Of a stretch of 64,000 bases of DNA, positions 1 through 11,950 are shown piece after piece (within the stretch, counting starts at the first letter, position 1; the number at the start of each line of letters is the position of its first letter). The notes below the pieces were generated by a model. The model was given only the letters and a program-made list of their open reading frames with translations. It made no database searches and was not told the origin of the DNA. Both the position numbers and the translations under genes were made by a program. Source of the stretch: Gemmatimonadota bacterium (GTDB taxonomy: Bacteria > Gemmatimonadota > Gemmatimonadetes > Gemmatimonadales > GWC2-71-9); contig JBDHDE010000001.1 in assembly GCA_039591655.1 (NCBI GenBank), positions 1 to 64,000 on the forward strand, read 5' to 3'.

Positions 1-410
1 CCGGGGGCTACGATGCCCCGCATGGCGCCGGCTGACCGGATGTGGCGTGCCAGGCGCCGGGTGTCCACACCCTCCACGATGGGGATGCCCCGCCCCGCCA
101 GCCAGTCGTCCAGGGCCCCGCTGGCCCGCCAGTTGGAGTGCTCCCGGGCCAGCTCCCGCACGACGACACCGGTCACCTGCGGCTTGTCGGACTCCAGGTC
201 CTCCTCGTTGATGCCGCAGTTGCCGATCATGGGCGCGGTCATCACCACGATCTGCCCGAGATACGACGGATCGGTGAACACCTCCTGGTACCCGGTGAGG
301 TTCGTGGTGAAGACCACCTCACCCGGAGTGGGAGAAGGCAAACGGCGCGCGGTTCCGGGAAACCACGCGCCGTCCTCTAGCAGAACGTAGGCTGGCTGCG
401 GGACGCTCAC
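1..410 (-). CDS. carA: Carbamoyl-phosphate synthase small subunit (5' part; runs off window start)
   Basis: Not in the ORF track. Manual minus-strand translation from GTG at 410 gives AYVLLEDG..GEVVFTTNLTGYQEVFTDPSYLGQIVVMTAPMIGNCG..GVDTRRLARHIRSAGAMRG, the CarA N-terminal domain. Confidence 0.95.
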   Translation of the reverse strand, partial: MSVPQPAYVLLEDGAWFPGTARRLPSPTPGEVVFTTNLTGYQEVFTDPSYLGQIVVMTAPMIGNCGINEEDLESDKPQVTGVVVRELAREHSNWRASGALDDWLAGRGIPIVEGVDTRRLARHIRSAGAMRGIVAP

Positions 411-413
411 GCT

Positions 414-764
414 CTAGTTCGGCTCCACGGGCGTTTGGGCTGGTTGCTCTTCCACGTCTAGCGGAAGCTGCGGCGGCGGCGCCACGGGAGTCGGGGCCAC
501 CGGCTCGGCGTCGAGCACCGAGCGCGGCAAGGCGGACTGGGTGCTCAATCCAGCCAGGATGAGAGCCAGCGCCAGGAAGATGCCGCCCAGCCACCAGGTG
601 GTCTTGGTCAGGATGGTGGCCGCCTGGCGTCCTCCCAGGAACGTGTCGGTGGAGGCCCCGCCGCCCATGGCGGCCAGCCCTCCGCCCGTGCCCGCCTGCA
701 ACAGGACGGCCACGACCAGCAACACGCAAACAACGAGCTCGATAATCAGCAGGAACGTAAACAT
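414..764 (-). CDS. secG: Preprotein translocase subunit SecG
   Basis: MFTFLL..VLLQAGTGGGLAAMGGG..FLGGRQAATILTKTTWWLG, two TM helices. Follows tpiA. Start at ATG 764. Confidence 0.93.
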   Translation of the reverse strand: MFTFLLIIELVVCVLLVVAVLLQAGTGGGLAAMGGGASTDTFLGGRQAATILTKTTWWLGGIFLALALILAGLSTQSALPRSVLDAEPVAPTPVAPPPQLPLDVEEQPAQTPVEPN

Positions 765-810
765 CGTCTTCCTCGGCGGCGGGCAAGATACCCGGTGCCG
801 GCAGGCCAAG

Positions 811-1559
<749 letters not shown>

Positions 1560-1563
<4 letters not shown>

Positions 1564-2749
1564 ACGTCATCCAGCGCCGCCACGCCGGGGAGCTCCTTGC
1601 CCTCCAGGAGCTCCAGGGAGGCGCCGCCTCCAGTGGAGACGTGAGACACCTGCTCGCTGAGGCCGGCCCGGGCCAAAGCGGCAGCCGAGTCGCCGCCTCC
1701 AACGATGGTAGTGGTGCCCCGCTGCGTCGCTGCCGCGAGCCCGCGGGCCACTGCAACGGTGCCGGAGTCGAAGGGCGGCGTCTCGAATACCCCCATGGGT
1801 CCGTTCCACACGACGGTCCTGGCAGCGGTGATGTGCTTGATGAACTGGTTCGAGGCGTTCTCGTCGATGTCGTAGACCGCCCACTCCGGATCGATCTCGT
1901 CCGGCCGCACGTCTTTCAAAGCGGCATCGGGGGAAAGTCGCTCTGCGATCGTCACCCCCTCGGGAAGCACCAGCTTGTCACCGGCACGCGCCAGCAGCTT
2001 GCGGGCCATGTCGATCCGGTCCGGCTCGACCAGCGATTTGCCGATCTCGAATCCCCGGGCAGCGAAGAAGGTGCAGGCCATCGCCCCGCCGATGAGGATA
2101 GCGTCCACCTTGGGGAGGAGCGCCTCGATCACGTCGATCTTGCCGGAGATCTTGGCCCCGCCGAGCACCGCCACGAATGGCCGCGGGGGATCGGCCAGGG
2201 CCGCCTCGAGGTACTCCAGCTCCTTGGCCATCAGGAAGCCGGCGACTGCCGGCTTGAGGCGACGGGCCACCCCCTCGGTGGAGGCGTGCGCCCGGTGGGC
2301 CGAGCCGAAGGCGTCGTTCACGTAGAGATCGCCCAGGAGTGCGAAGGCGTCCGCGAGCTCCGGGGCGTTGGCTTCCTCTCCCGGATGGAACCGGGTGTTC
2401 TCGAGGAGCGTCACCTCCCCCCGCTTGAGCTGGCGTGTCTGCTGCACCGCTGCCTCGGCCAGGGGATCCTCGATAAACTGAACGGGCGCTCCCAGCTCTC
2501 GCTCGAGCTCGGGCACTACGGGCCGCAGTGAGTACTCGGGTTTCGGCTGGCCCTTCGGTCGGCCCAGGTGCGACGCCAAGATCACCCTGCAGCCGTGCTG
2601 CTTGAGCCACCGAATGGTGGGCAGGGACGCCACGATACGGGTGGCGTCGCTCACGCGTCCGTCCTTCAACGGGACGTTGAAGTCCACCCGCACCCATGCC
2701 CGTTCCCCTTCGAGGGGCTGTCCCTCGAGGGATCCCAAGACGCGCTTCA

Positions 2750-2750
<1 letters not shown>
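1560..2750 (-). CDS. pgk: Phosphoglycerate kinase
   Basis: RVDFNVP, SHLGRP, NDAFGSAHRAHAS, GGAKISGKI, WNGPMG, GGGDS, STGGGASLE. ATG at 2750 overlaps the gap stop. Confidence 0.98.
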
Positions 2751-3799
<1,049 letters not shown>

Positions 3800-3820
3800 T
3801 CACCGGCGCTGTCCGGCGAC

Positions 3821-4567
3821 TCACGATGCCTGCGTCGCGCGGAGCGCATACGGAAGAGCTCGGGCGAATGTCACGGCCCCCACATCGCGCCACCCGGCCG
3901 CTGCGAGCGCATCCGCCGCGGCTGCCAGCGTGGCGCCGGTGGTGAGCACGTCGTCCACCAATATAACCGCCGGATCACCGCCACTCCGGCCGCGCCCTGG
4001 GCGGGGTGGCGGAAGCGCGGCAAACGCCCCTGCCACGTTAGCGACACGTTCCTCGGGGGGTAGTGCCGTCTGGGACTTCGTGTCGCGCGTGCGGTTGAGG
4101 AGGCGCTGGGCCACCGGCAGGCGCCAGCGAGCGGCCAGGCCGTGCGCGATGGCCGCTGCCTGGTTGTAGCCCCGGGTCTTCATGCGGGTGGCGCTCAGGG
4201 GAATCGGAACGAGGAGGGCACCGGTGAGTCGGGGGGCGGTGCGCACGATGAGGGCCGCTATCGTGGCGCCCAGGGCGGTGTAGCCCTCGTACTTGAGATG
4301 GTGGATGATCTCCCGCGACTCTGGACCAAGCCACACGGCGCTGCACACCCGGGTGAGGACGAGGGGCCACGTGGCGCAGAGCCGGCACGGTCCCACGGGG
4401 GGGAGCGGCTGGTGACAGCGGGTACAGCCGCCGGAGACAAAGCGGAAGCGCGCGCGGCACGGCCCGCAGATCAACTCGTCGGGGCGCCGCGGCTCCACAA
4501 GCCGCTCGCAGGCCACACAGGCGTTCGGGAGTAGCAGCCGCTCCAGCGCTCGGAGCGGGGCTGCCAT
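3821..4567 (-). CDS. comF: ComF family protein (double zinc ribbon + phosphoribosyltransferase domain)
   Basis: Four CxxC pairs, RGYNQA, ILVDDVLTTGATL. ATG at 4567 overlaps the aroE stop (TAATG). Confidence 0.9.
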   Translation of the reverse strand: MAAPLRALERLLLPNACVACERLVEPRRPDELICGPCRARFRFVSGGCTRCHQPLPPVGPCRLCATWPLVLTRVCSAVWLGPESREIIHHLKYEGYTALGATIAALIVRTAPRLTGALLVPIPLSATRMKTRGYNQAAAIAHGLAARWRLPVAQRLLNRTRDTKSQTALPPEERVANVAGAFAALPPPRPGRGRSGGDPAVILVDDVLTTGATLAAAADALAAAGWRDVGAVTFARALPYALRATQAS

Positions 4568-5382
4568 TACGGTGTGAGGGCGCGCTCGACCGCCGCGGCC
4601 ATGATCTCCCGCGGGGCCGGGACGCCCGGGAAGAACCGCTCGAACGCGTGGGCGCCTTGCGCCAGAAGCATGACACGGCCGTCCGCCGCCCTGAGGCCGC
4701 GGGCGCGGCACGCGCGGATCCAGGGTGTGCCTCCCGGGGCGTACGCCAGGTCGAGGGCGACGCCGCCCGGATCGAGGCGGTCCTCCGGGAACGGGTGCGG
4801 GTCGGTCGGGGCGAGGCCCAGGGGGCTGGCATTGATGGCGACGCCGACGGAGCCACCGTCGTCGGCTGCGGCGCGGGGTACTCCCAGATCAAGGGCCCAC
4901 TGGGCGAATGCCCGCGCCTGCTCCGGGGAGCGAGACTGCACCAGCAGGGTGATGCCGCGCTCCCCTGCAGCGGCGGCAACTGCCCGGGCCGCTCCTCCCG
5001 TACCGGCCACGAGCCAGGGGCCCTCCGCCTCGCATGCATCCAGGGCCTCGAGCACACCTGCCACATCGGTGTTGTCGCCGCGGAGAGTGCCGCCGTCGGG
5101 CCAGAAGGTGTTGACCGCTCCCAACGCCTCAGCTGCAGGGCTGAGGCTCTCGAGCTCCCGTGCCACATCCATCTTGTGCGGCACGGTCACGTTGCCCGCG
5201 AGGCCCATGGCCGCGCAGGCACCGAGCACGCCCGGGAGGGCTGCCCCCTCGACCCGCGTCGCCATGTAGACGGCATCGAGCCCCAGTGCCGCGATCGCGG
5301 CATTGTGCATGACCGGGGAGAGAGAGTGATCGACGGGATTGCCGATCACCACGAGCAGCCGGCTACGCGCCGTGATCCGCAT
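4567..5382 (-). CDS. aroE: Shikimate dehydrogenase
   Basis: IGNPVDHSLSPVMHN, NVTVPHK, GAVNT, GDNTD, GTGGAA, DGRVMLLAQG. Confidence 0.95.
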   Translation of the reverse strand: MRITARSRLLVVIGNPVDHSLSPVMHNAAIAALGLDAVYMATRVEGAALPGVLGACAAMGLAGNVTVPHKMDVARELESLSPAAEALGAVNTFWPDGGTLRGDNTDVAGVLEALDACEAEGPWLVAGTGGAARAVAAAAGERGITLLVQSRSPEQARAFAQWALDLGVPRAAADDGGSVGVAINASPLGLAPTDPHPFPEDRLDPGGVALDLAYAPGGTPWIRACRARGLRAADGRVMLLAQGAHAFERFFPGVPAPREIMAAAVERALTP

Positions 5383-5842
5383 CCCGATAGGCCTCCTCGA
5401 TGCGGTCCGCCGCCTCCCGGATCAGCTCGTCGAGCTGCTCGTACGTTTCGCGGTACACCTCGAGGTCGCTGCCGAAGGGGTCGCCGACCTCCGCCTCCGG
5501 GCCGGTGCGGCCCACGTACTCACCCAGCACGTGAACCCGGCCCGTTCCTCCCAGGTCGTCGACCCGCGCCCTGTGGTGCCGGGCCATGGTGAGAATGAGG
5601 TCCGACTCCTTGACGACGTCGCGGGTGAGGAGCTGTGCACGGTGGCTGGATAGATCCAGCCCGTGCTCCAGGGCAACGAGATACGCGCCTTCGGATGCCG
5701 GCGCTCCCTCCCAGGCCCCGGTCCCGGCGGATGACACCTCGATCCCGTCGGTGCCCCGCTGGTCGAGCTCGCGCTTGAGCAACGCCTCCGCCAGGGGGCT
5801 GCGGCAGATGTTGCCGGTGCAGACGAGCAGCACGCTCGTCAC
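5363..5842 (-). CDS. Low-molecular-weight protein phosphatase (LMW-PTP/YwlE family)
   Basis: VCTGNICRSP P-loop, SAGT, DPFG. Confidence 0.92.
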   Translation of the reverse strand: MTSVLLVCTGNICRSPLAEALLKRELDQRGTDGIEVSSAGTGAWEGAPASEGAYLVALEHGLDLSSHRAQLLTRDVVKESDLILTMARHHRARVDDLGGTGRVHVLGEYVGRTGPEAEVGDPFGSDLEVYRETYEQLDELIREAADRIEEAYRDADHGA

Positions 5843-6492
5843 AGTGCGAGACTCCCGACGGCGGCCCGCAGCTCACTCAGCGACAGGGCACCTTCGCGGA
5901 CGAGCGTGGGCTCGGGTCCGGTGCAATCGATCACAGTGGACGGGGGCACGCCGCCCAACACCCCGCCATCCAGCACCAGCAATGTGCCGGCCTCCACTGC
6001 GCTCCCGAACACCTCGACGATGGTGCTCGCTGCGGGAGCCGTGGGTCCGCCGGGACGGTTCGCGGACGTGGACGTGAGGGCCGTGTCGATCTGTGCCAGA
6101 AGGTGTTGCACCCCTCGATGGGACGTCCAGCGCACCGCGATGCCACCCTCGGGGCCTCGCAGCGCGTCGGGGAGCTCCCCTTCCCCTCCCGCCAGCACCA
6201 GGGTCAGCGGCCCCGGCCAGAACCGGTCGGCCAGCGCCCTCGCCGGCGCGGTGAACACGAGGCCGTAGCGCTCGGCCATGTCGCGGTGCGCCACCAGCAG
6301 AAGAAACGGCTTCCCTTCCTCGCGGCCCTTGAGTCGCGCCAGCGATGCGACGTCCGCCTCCACCGGACGCGAGCCCAGGCCGTAGACCGTCTCTGTCGGG
6401 TACGCCAGCAGCCCTCCCCCCTCGAGATGCTGCGCCACCCGGGGCGTGGCCGCGCGGACCTCCGTGTCGCTGGCAAAGGCGAGCACGGTCAT
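5839..6492 (-). CDS. tsaC: L-threonylcarbamoyladenylate synthase (Sua5/YrdC)
   Basis: AYPTETVYGLG, KGR, FWPGPLTLVL, TSTSAN, PSTVID. ATG at 6492 overlaps the ispD stop. Confidence 0.93.
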   Translation of the reverse strand: MTVLAFASDTEVRAATPRVAQHLEGGGLLAYPTETVYGLGSRPVEADVASLARLKGREEGKPFLLLVAHRDMAERYGLVFTAPARALADRFWPGPLTLVLAGGEGELPDALRGPEGGIAVRWTSHRGVQHLLAQIDTALTSTSANRPGGPTAPAASTIVEVFGSAVEAGTLLVLDGGVLGGVPPSTVIDCTGPEPTLVREGALSLSELRAAVGSLAL

Positions 6493-7196
6493 TGGCAGAG
6501 CATGGCCTCGGCCAGCGCGAAGTCCTCGGGGCTCGTCACCTTGATGTTTGATGGGCGGTCGGGCACCAACTCCACCGGGAACCCCGCGGCCTCCACCAGG
6601 GCCGCCTCGTCGGTGAACGGACCAGCCAGCTCTCCCCGGGCCACCACCTGGTCCAGCATCTCTCGGGGGAACCCCTGCGGCGTCTGGGCACGCCACAGAT
6701 CCTGCCGGTCCACAGTCTCGACGACCTGGGACGTCCCCTCCGTCACTCGCTTGAGAGTGTCGCAGACGGCGATGCCCGGTACGACGGCCACGCCGCGGGC
6801 GGCGACACCAATCACGGCTGCGATGGTCTCGGGACTCACGAAGGGCCGCGCCGCGTCGTGCACCAGCACCAGACTGCAGCGGGGGTCCAGGGCCTCCAGT
6901 GCGGCTCGCACCGAGGCAGCGCGGGTCTCGCCGCCTTCCACGAGCTTGAGGCTTCCTCCCGTGATCTCCCCGAGCCAGCTCGGCGGCTCGGTGGCGAAAG
7001 GAGCCGGCAGCGCCACTACGATCTCTCGCACGGCGGGATGCTGCGCAAAGGGCCTGATCGCCCGGAGCAGCATGGGGACGCCGCCCAGCGGACGAAACTG
7101 CTTGGGCTCCCCGGCACCTGCCCGCACGCCGCGGCCCCCGGCCGCCAACAGCACCCCGACGTCAGGCGGCGAGGCGACGGGCGAGTTCGGCGACAT
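6489..7196 (-). CDS. ispD: 2-C-methyl-D-erythritol 4-phosphate cytidylyltransferase
   Basis: LAAGGRGVR..PKQF, GGETRAASV, VLVHDAARP, QTPQGF, TDEA, NIKVT. Confidence 0.95.
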   Translation of the reverse strand: MSPNSPVASPPDVGVLLAAGGRGVRAGAGEPKQFRPLGGVPMLLRAIRPFAQHPAVREIVVALPAPFATEPPSWLGEITGGSLKLVEGGETRAASVRAALEALDPRCSLVLVHDAARPFVSPETIAAVIGVAARGVAVVPGIAVCDTLKRVTEGTSQVVETVDRQDLWRAQTPQGFPREMLDQVVARGELAGPFTDEAALVEAAGFPVELVPDRPSNIKVTSPEDFALAEAMLCQ

Positions 7197-8520
7197 GGGT
7201 GATGGTCACCAGGGAGACAGGTGTGCGCACCCGGCCCGGGGCGGACAGGTACGCGGTGTGGAACCCGAGCCGCTCGGCTTCGGCGAGCCGCCGCTCCACA
7301 CCCCCAATGGGACGCACTTCCCCCCCGAGGCCGATCTCGCCGAGGAACAGCGCATCCTGGGGAACGGGGTGGTCCCGCACGCTGGAGCACAGCGCGGCGG
7401 CGACCGCGAGGTCGCACGCCGGCTCGCCCACGCGCACCCCACCCGTGACATTGACGAACACGTCGAGGTCGTGGAACGACAGGCCCGCCCGCCGCTCCAA
7501 CACCGCCAGGAGGACGGCCAGCCGGCGCTGATCGATGCCGGTGGCCACGCGCTGCGGTGTGCCATACCCACTCTTCGCCGCCAGCGCCTGGATCTCGACC
7601 AATACCGGGCGCGTGCCCTCCATGAGCGCGGTGACCGCGGAACCCGCCGTCTCCGCGCTGCGGCCCGCCAGGAACGCGGCCGACGGGTTTGCCACGGGGC
7701 TGAGGCCGTGGGCCGTCATCTCGAAGATGCCCACCTCGTCCACCGACCCGAAGCGGTTCTTGACCGCCCGCAGGATGCGGAAGTCACCGCTGGCCTCCCC
7801 CTCGAAGTAGAGCACGGTGTCGACCACGTGCTCCAAGGTCTTGGGACCGGCAATGATCCCTCCCCGGGTCACATGCCCCACGAGCACGACCGCCGCCCCG
7901 GTCTCCTTGGCGAAACGCATCAGGCGGGCGGCGCACTCCCGCAGCTGGCCCACATTGCCGGGTGCGCCCTCGAGCTCCTCGGTGTACGTGGTCTGGATGG
8001 AGTCCACCACGATCACCTTGGCGTCGACGAGCCGGGCTTGGGTCGTCACGGCTTCGAGCCGCACCTCGGGGAGCACCCGGACCGGCCCGGCGTCTTCCTC
8101 GAGGCGGTCGGCCCGCAGCCGCACCTGCTCCACGGACTCCTCGCCGGACACGTACAGCGTCGTGAGACCCGCCGCTTCGAGGCGCGCGGCGCACTGGAGC
8201 AGCAGGGTCGACTTCCCGATCCCTGGTTCCCCACCCACCAGCAGGACCGAGCCGGGCACCACGCCGCCGCCCACCACGAAGTCGAACTCGTCGAGACCGG
8301 TGTGCCACCGGGCAGGGCCGTGCGCTGCGACATCGGCCAGCAGCACGGGGGCGATGGCACCAGAGACCTCCGATCCGCGCCCGGCCCGGGCGGTGGCCCG
8401 GGTGACGACTTCCTCGACGAGTGTGTTCCAGCTGCCGCACGAGTCGCAGCGGCCGGCCCACTTCGGGTGTTCGGCCCCGCACTCCGCGCATCGGTGGACG
8501 GAGCGCGCCTTACGGGCCAT
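7162..8520 (-). CDS. radA: DNA repair protein RadA/Sms
   Basis: N-terminal C4 zinc finger, GEPGIGKSTL, KNRFG motif, Lon-like C-terminus. Confidence 0.97.
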   Translation of the reverse strand: MARKARSVHRCAECGAEHPKWAGRCDSCGSWNTLVEEVVTRATARAGRGSEVSGAIAPVLLADVAAHGPARWHTGLDEFDFVVGGGVVPGSVLLVGGEPGIGKSTLLLQCAARLEAAGLTTLYVSGEESVEQVRLRADRLEEDAGPVRVLPEVRLEAVTTQARLVDAKVIVVDSIQTTYTEELEGAPGNVGQLRECAARLMRFAKETGAAVVLVGHVTRGGIIAGPKTLEHVVDTVLYFEGEASGDFRILRAVKNRFGSVDEVGIFEMTAHGLSPVANPSAAFLAGRSAETAGSAVTALMEGTRPVLVEIQALAAKSGYGTPQRVATGIDQRRLAVLLAVLERRAGLSFHDLDVFVNVTGGVRVGEPACDLAVAAALCSSVRDHPVPQDALFLGEIGLGGEVRPIGGVERRLAEAERLGFHTAYLSAPGRVRTPVSLVTITHVAELARRLAA

Positions 8521-9916
8521 CCGCCCCCTCGGGCTCGCGGTCCGAATAGCTCTCGAAGCGTGTGTACTGCTTGTGGAAGGAAAGCTTGATGGTGCCCGTG
8601 GGACCGTTGCGGTGTTTCGCCAGGATGAGCTCCGCGAACCCCTCCCGTGCCCCGGGGTCGCGCTCCATCAGGGAGGGATACATCTCCTGCCGGTAGATGA
8701 ACATCACGAGGTCGGCGTCCTGCTCGATGGCCCCTGAGTCCCGCAGGTCCGACAGCATCGGGCGGCGGTCGCCTCCCCGTTGCTCGGGGGCGCGGGAGAG
8801 CTGCGACAATGCGATCACGGGCGTCTCCAGTTCCCGGGAGAGCGCCTTGAGTGAGCGGGAGATGAAGCTGATCTCCTCCTGACGGCTCTCGGAGCGGGAC
8901 GGCCCCCTGAGGAGCTGGAGGTAGTCCACCACCATCAGCCCGACGTCGTGCTCCGCTTTGAGGCGCCTGGCCTTGGAGCGCAGCTCGAGGAGCGTGAGGG
9001 CCGGCGAGTCGTCGATCCAGATGGGTGCCGTGCCCAATAGACCGGCCGCCCGCGACATCTTGGGGTAGTCGTCATCCCGTAGGCTGCCGCTCCTCAGCCG
9101 CGACAGGTCGACGAAGCTCTCCGAGGCCAGGAGCCGCTCCACCAGTTGGTCGCGCGACATCTCCAGGGAGAACACCGCGGTCGGCACTTTGTGCTCGAGG
9201 GCCGCGTTCGCCGCCACGTTGAGGCAGAACGCCGTCTTCCCCATGGAGGGCCGGGCGGCAACAATGATGAGATCGCTCTTCTGGAACCCGTTCGTCTTGG
9301 TGTCCAAATCTGAGAACCCGCTGGGCACCCCGCGCACCGATTCATCGCCACGGTGGCGCGCTTCGATGCGCTCCATGGCGCGCCACATGAGCTCCTTGAT
9401 CCGGACTACTTCCTGCGTGCCACGCTGGAAGGAGACCTCGAACACCCGCTGCTCGGCGCCGTCGAGCAGCCCGTCGATGTCCTGGGGACCCTCGTAGGCC
9501 GCCTGGACGATCTCCGTGCCCGCCTGAATCAGGCGGCGCCTGAGCGCCTTGTCACGAACGATGCGGCAGTGGTACTCGACGTTCGCCGCGGTGGGGACCA
9601 CGTCCAGGAGCTCGGCGACGTAATCGGTGCCCCCGGAAGCCTCGAGGTCCCCGGTGCGCATGAGCTCCTCGCGGAGGACCACGGGGTCCACGACGTCGCC
9701 CCGCTCCACCACTCGGGCCATGGCGCGGAAGATCCGGCGGTGGCCGTCGCGGTAGAACGTGGCGTCGTCCAGCAGCTCGACGGCCTTGAGGGCAGCGTCG
9801 GCGTCCAATAGCATGGCGCCCAGGACTGCCTGCTCGGCCTCCTCGCTCCAGGGAGTCTGGCGCGGCGCCTGAGGCTCAGCGCTGCTCGACGAGCTGGCGT
9901 GCGATACGGACGTCAT
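8510..9916 (-). CDS. dnaB: Replicative DNA helicase
   Basis: EAEQAVLGAML, AARPSMGKT, FSLEMS, VDYLQL, LSQLSR, LRDSGAIEQDAD, KHRNGPTG. Start taken as ATG 9916. Confidence 0.97.
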   Translation of the reverse strand: MTSVSHASSSSSAEPQAPRQTPWSEEAEQAVLGAMLLDADAALKAVELLDDATFYRDGHRRIFRAMARVVERGDVVDPVVLREELMRTGDLEASGGTDYVAELLDVVPTAANVEYHCRIVRDKALRRRLIQAGTEIVQAAYEGPQDIDGLLDGAEQRVFEVSFQRGTQEVVRIKELMWRAMERIEARHRGDESVRGVPSGFSDLDTKTNGFQKSDLIIVAARPSMGKTAFCLNVAANAALEHKVPTAVFSLEMSRDQLVERLLASESFVDLSRLRSGSLRDDDYPKMSRAAGLLGTAPIWIDDSPALTLLELRSKARRLKAEHDVGLMVVDYLQLLRGPSRSESRQEEISFISRSLKALSRELETPVIALSQLSRAPEQRGGDRRPMLSDLRDSGAIEQDADLVMFIYRQEMYPSLMERDPGAREGFAELILAKHRNGPTGTIKLSFHKQYTRFESYSDREPEGADGP

Positions 9917-10760
9917 CCCACGTGGGCTTCTTCCAATGCGGGTTGCGCAGCAGCGCCGCGGGGTGGTAGGTGACCACCAGCGGTGTGCCTCGGAACTCGT
10001 GGACCTGGTTGCGTAGCGTGCCGAGGGACTGTCGCGTGTTGAGCAGCGTCTCGGCGGCCGTCCCCCCCATAGCAAGTATGACGGCAGGCTTGATGACCGC
10101 AAGCTGGCGATGCAGGTAGGGCACGCACGCGTCGATCTCATCCTGCTGGGGCTTGCGGTTCTTGGGGGGCCGGCACTTGACGACGTTGCAGATGAACACC
10201 TGCTCCCGCGGCAGCTCGATGGCGGCGAGGATCTCGGTCAGCAGATCCCCTGCCCGGCCTACGAAGGGCCTGCCGGTCTCGTCCTCGACGGCGCCGGGGC
10301 CCTCACCCACCACCACGAGCCGGGTGTCGCCGGGGCCCTCTCCGGGGACTGCGTTCGTGCGGTTCTCGCATAGGCGGCACTGGGTGCAATCGCGCACCGC
10401 CGCCGCCACATCGTCCAGGCTCGCCTCAGCCAGGGGATCTGCGCTGAACAGATCGCTCGACGGTGAGGGGATCACCATGCCTCGGGGGGGGATGGACGGC
10501 AGGTCCCGGCTCCAGCGCGGCCCAGCGCCCGGGGCAGCGCGTTTTGGCCGTCGGCCCTTGCCTCCCGGGGTGTCCATGCGGCGGGCCACCGGGGCCGGCG
10601 GCGGCGCCTTGGCCCGAGACGGAGCGGGCAGCTCAGCGTCCACCGCCGGAGGCTCGTCGCGACCTGCCGCTGGTGGGGTGCGGGCCACGAAGAGCAGGTC
10701 ATCCCCCAGGGCGCCGCGCTGCTCCAGGTAGCGCGCCAGCAGGTCGCGCGGGTCGGTCAT
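9876..10760 (-). CDS. Uracil-DNA glycosylase family 4 (4Fe-4S) with Pro/Ala-rich N-terminal extension
   Basis: CTQCRLC, VGEGPG..ED..GRPFVGRAG, NVVKCRPPKNR, TYHPAALLR. Confidence 0.94.
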   Translation of the reverse strand: MTDPRDLLARYLEQRGALGDDLLFVARTPPAAGRDEPPAVDAELPAPSRAKAPPPAPVARRMDTPGGKGRRPKRAAPGAGPRWSRDLPSIPPRGMVIPSPSSDLFSADPLAEASLDDVAAAVRDCTQCRLCENRTNAVPGEGPGDTRLVVVGEGPGAVEDETGRPFVGRAGDLLTEILAAIELPREQVFICNVVKCRPPKNRKPQQDEIDACVPYLHRQLAVIKPAVILAMGGTAAETLLNTRQSLGTLRNQVHEFRGTPLVVTYHPAALLRNPHWKKPTWDDVRIARQLVEQR

Positions 10761-11950
10761 AGGAGAGGCTCGATCGCATCCAGGATTCGCTCGGCCACTT
10801 CACTCTTGGACATCATCTCGAGCTCCTGCACATCCCCGGCGGTGATCAGCGCAACACGGTTGGTCTCTTGCTCGAAGCCGCTGCCGGGCTCGTCCGCGCG
10901 GTTCAGCACGATGAGATCGAGCTGCTTGCGCTCGAGCTTCTGCCGCGCGCGGGGGACGCCCTCACCGGCCTCGAGGGCGAAGCCCACCGCTACGCTTCCG
11001 GCGCGCCGCGCAGGGATGGTCTGTTGCAGGACGTCAGGCGTCGGCTCGAGGGTGACTGTGAGCTTTCCGGCAGTCCGGGGCCGCTTCTCAGCGTCGATTG
11101 TGGCAGGCTGAAAGTCGGCGGGCGCCGCGGCCATCACCAGTACATCGCCCTGCGGCAAGCATCGTTCCACTGCGGCCAGGAGGTCGGCGGTGGTCGTGAC
11201 CCGCTCTACCTCGACGCCGCTGGGCGGCTCCAGCGTAGTGGGGCCCGTGATGAGAACGACGTCGGCGCCGCGGGCGAAGGCGGCTTCCGCCACCCGGAAG
11301 CCCATGCGCCCCGAGGCGGGATTCGTGATCACCCGCACCGGGTCCAGCGGCTCACGGGTGGGGCCCGCCGTCACCACCACCCGTTTTCCGGCGAGGCGAC
11401 TGTCCGGCGCCCGCAGCAGCCGCTCCACATATGCCAGGATCTCCTCCGGCTCGACCATCCGCCCGGGGCGATCGCTGGGACCCTCGGCCAGGGGGCCCAC
11501 CGCCGGTCCCACCACCGTCCACCCGCGGCCCCGCAGCGTGGCGAGGTTCTCCTGGGTAGCCCGGTGCGCGTACATGTCGTCGTTCATGCCCGGGGCTACC
11601 AGCACAGGGGCCCGGGCTGCCAACAGTGCGGCCGTCAGGAGGTCGTCGGCCACCCCGTGGGCGCACCGGGCCAGCAGGTTGGCCGTGGCGGGGGCAACGA
11701 CGATGAGATCGGGGTCGCGGGCCAGGTCAATGTGCGCGAGCGCCCGGCCGCGCTCCCAGAGGGAGGTGAGGACCGGGCGTTTGGTGAGGGCTTCGAATGT
11801 GACTGGGCGAACGAATTCCGTTGCGGAGGCCGTGAGAACCACATCCACCGCCGCGCCTGCTTCCGTCAACCGCCGGGCGAGAGTGCACGCCTTGTAGGCT
11901 GCGATCCCGCCCGACACGCCGAGGACGACGCGTCGGCCCGAAAGTGTCAC
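10757..11950 (-). CDS. coaBC: Bifunctional phosphopantothenoylcysteine decarboxylase/synthase
   Basis: GVSGGIAAYK, APATAN, APGMN, TAGPTREPLDPVR, VGFALE. Confidence 0.96.
   Translation of the reverse strand: MTLSGRRVVLGVSGGIAAYKACTLARRLTEAGAAVDVVLTASATEFVRPVTFEALTKRPVLTSLWERGRALAHIDLARDPDLIVVAPATANLLARCAHGVADDLLTAALLAARAPVLVAPGMNDDMYAHRATQENLATLRGRGWTVVGPAVGPLAEGPSDRPGRMVEPEEILAYVERLLRAPDSRLAGKRVVVTAGPTREPLDPVRVITNPASGRMGFRVAEAAFARGADVVLITGPTTLEPPSGVEVERVTTTADLLAAVERCLPQGDVLVMAAAPADFQPATIDAEKRPRTAGKLTVTLEPTPDVLQQTIPARRAGSVAVGFALEAGEGVPRARQKLERKQLDLIVLNRADEPGSGFEQETNRVALITAGDVQELEMMSKSEVAERILDAIEPLL

Noticed and set aside
6103..8589. 828-aa plus-strand ORF (also 59803-61947, 51248-52930, 15833-17029 and similar)
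   Set aside because: Antisense shadows of clear genes (tsaC/ispD/radA, atuA, nfeD, pepA). Long stop-free reverse frames are expected at this GC content, and they show no domain motifs.
8510..10141. Extended 543-aa DnaB or an intein
   Set aside because: The upstream extension overlaps the UDG gene and is low-complexity. DnaB from ATG 9916 is of normal length with uninterrupted motifs.
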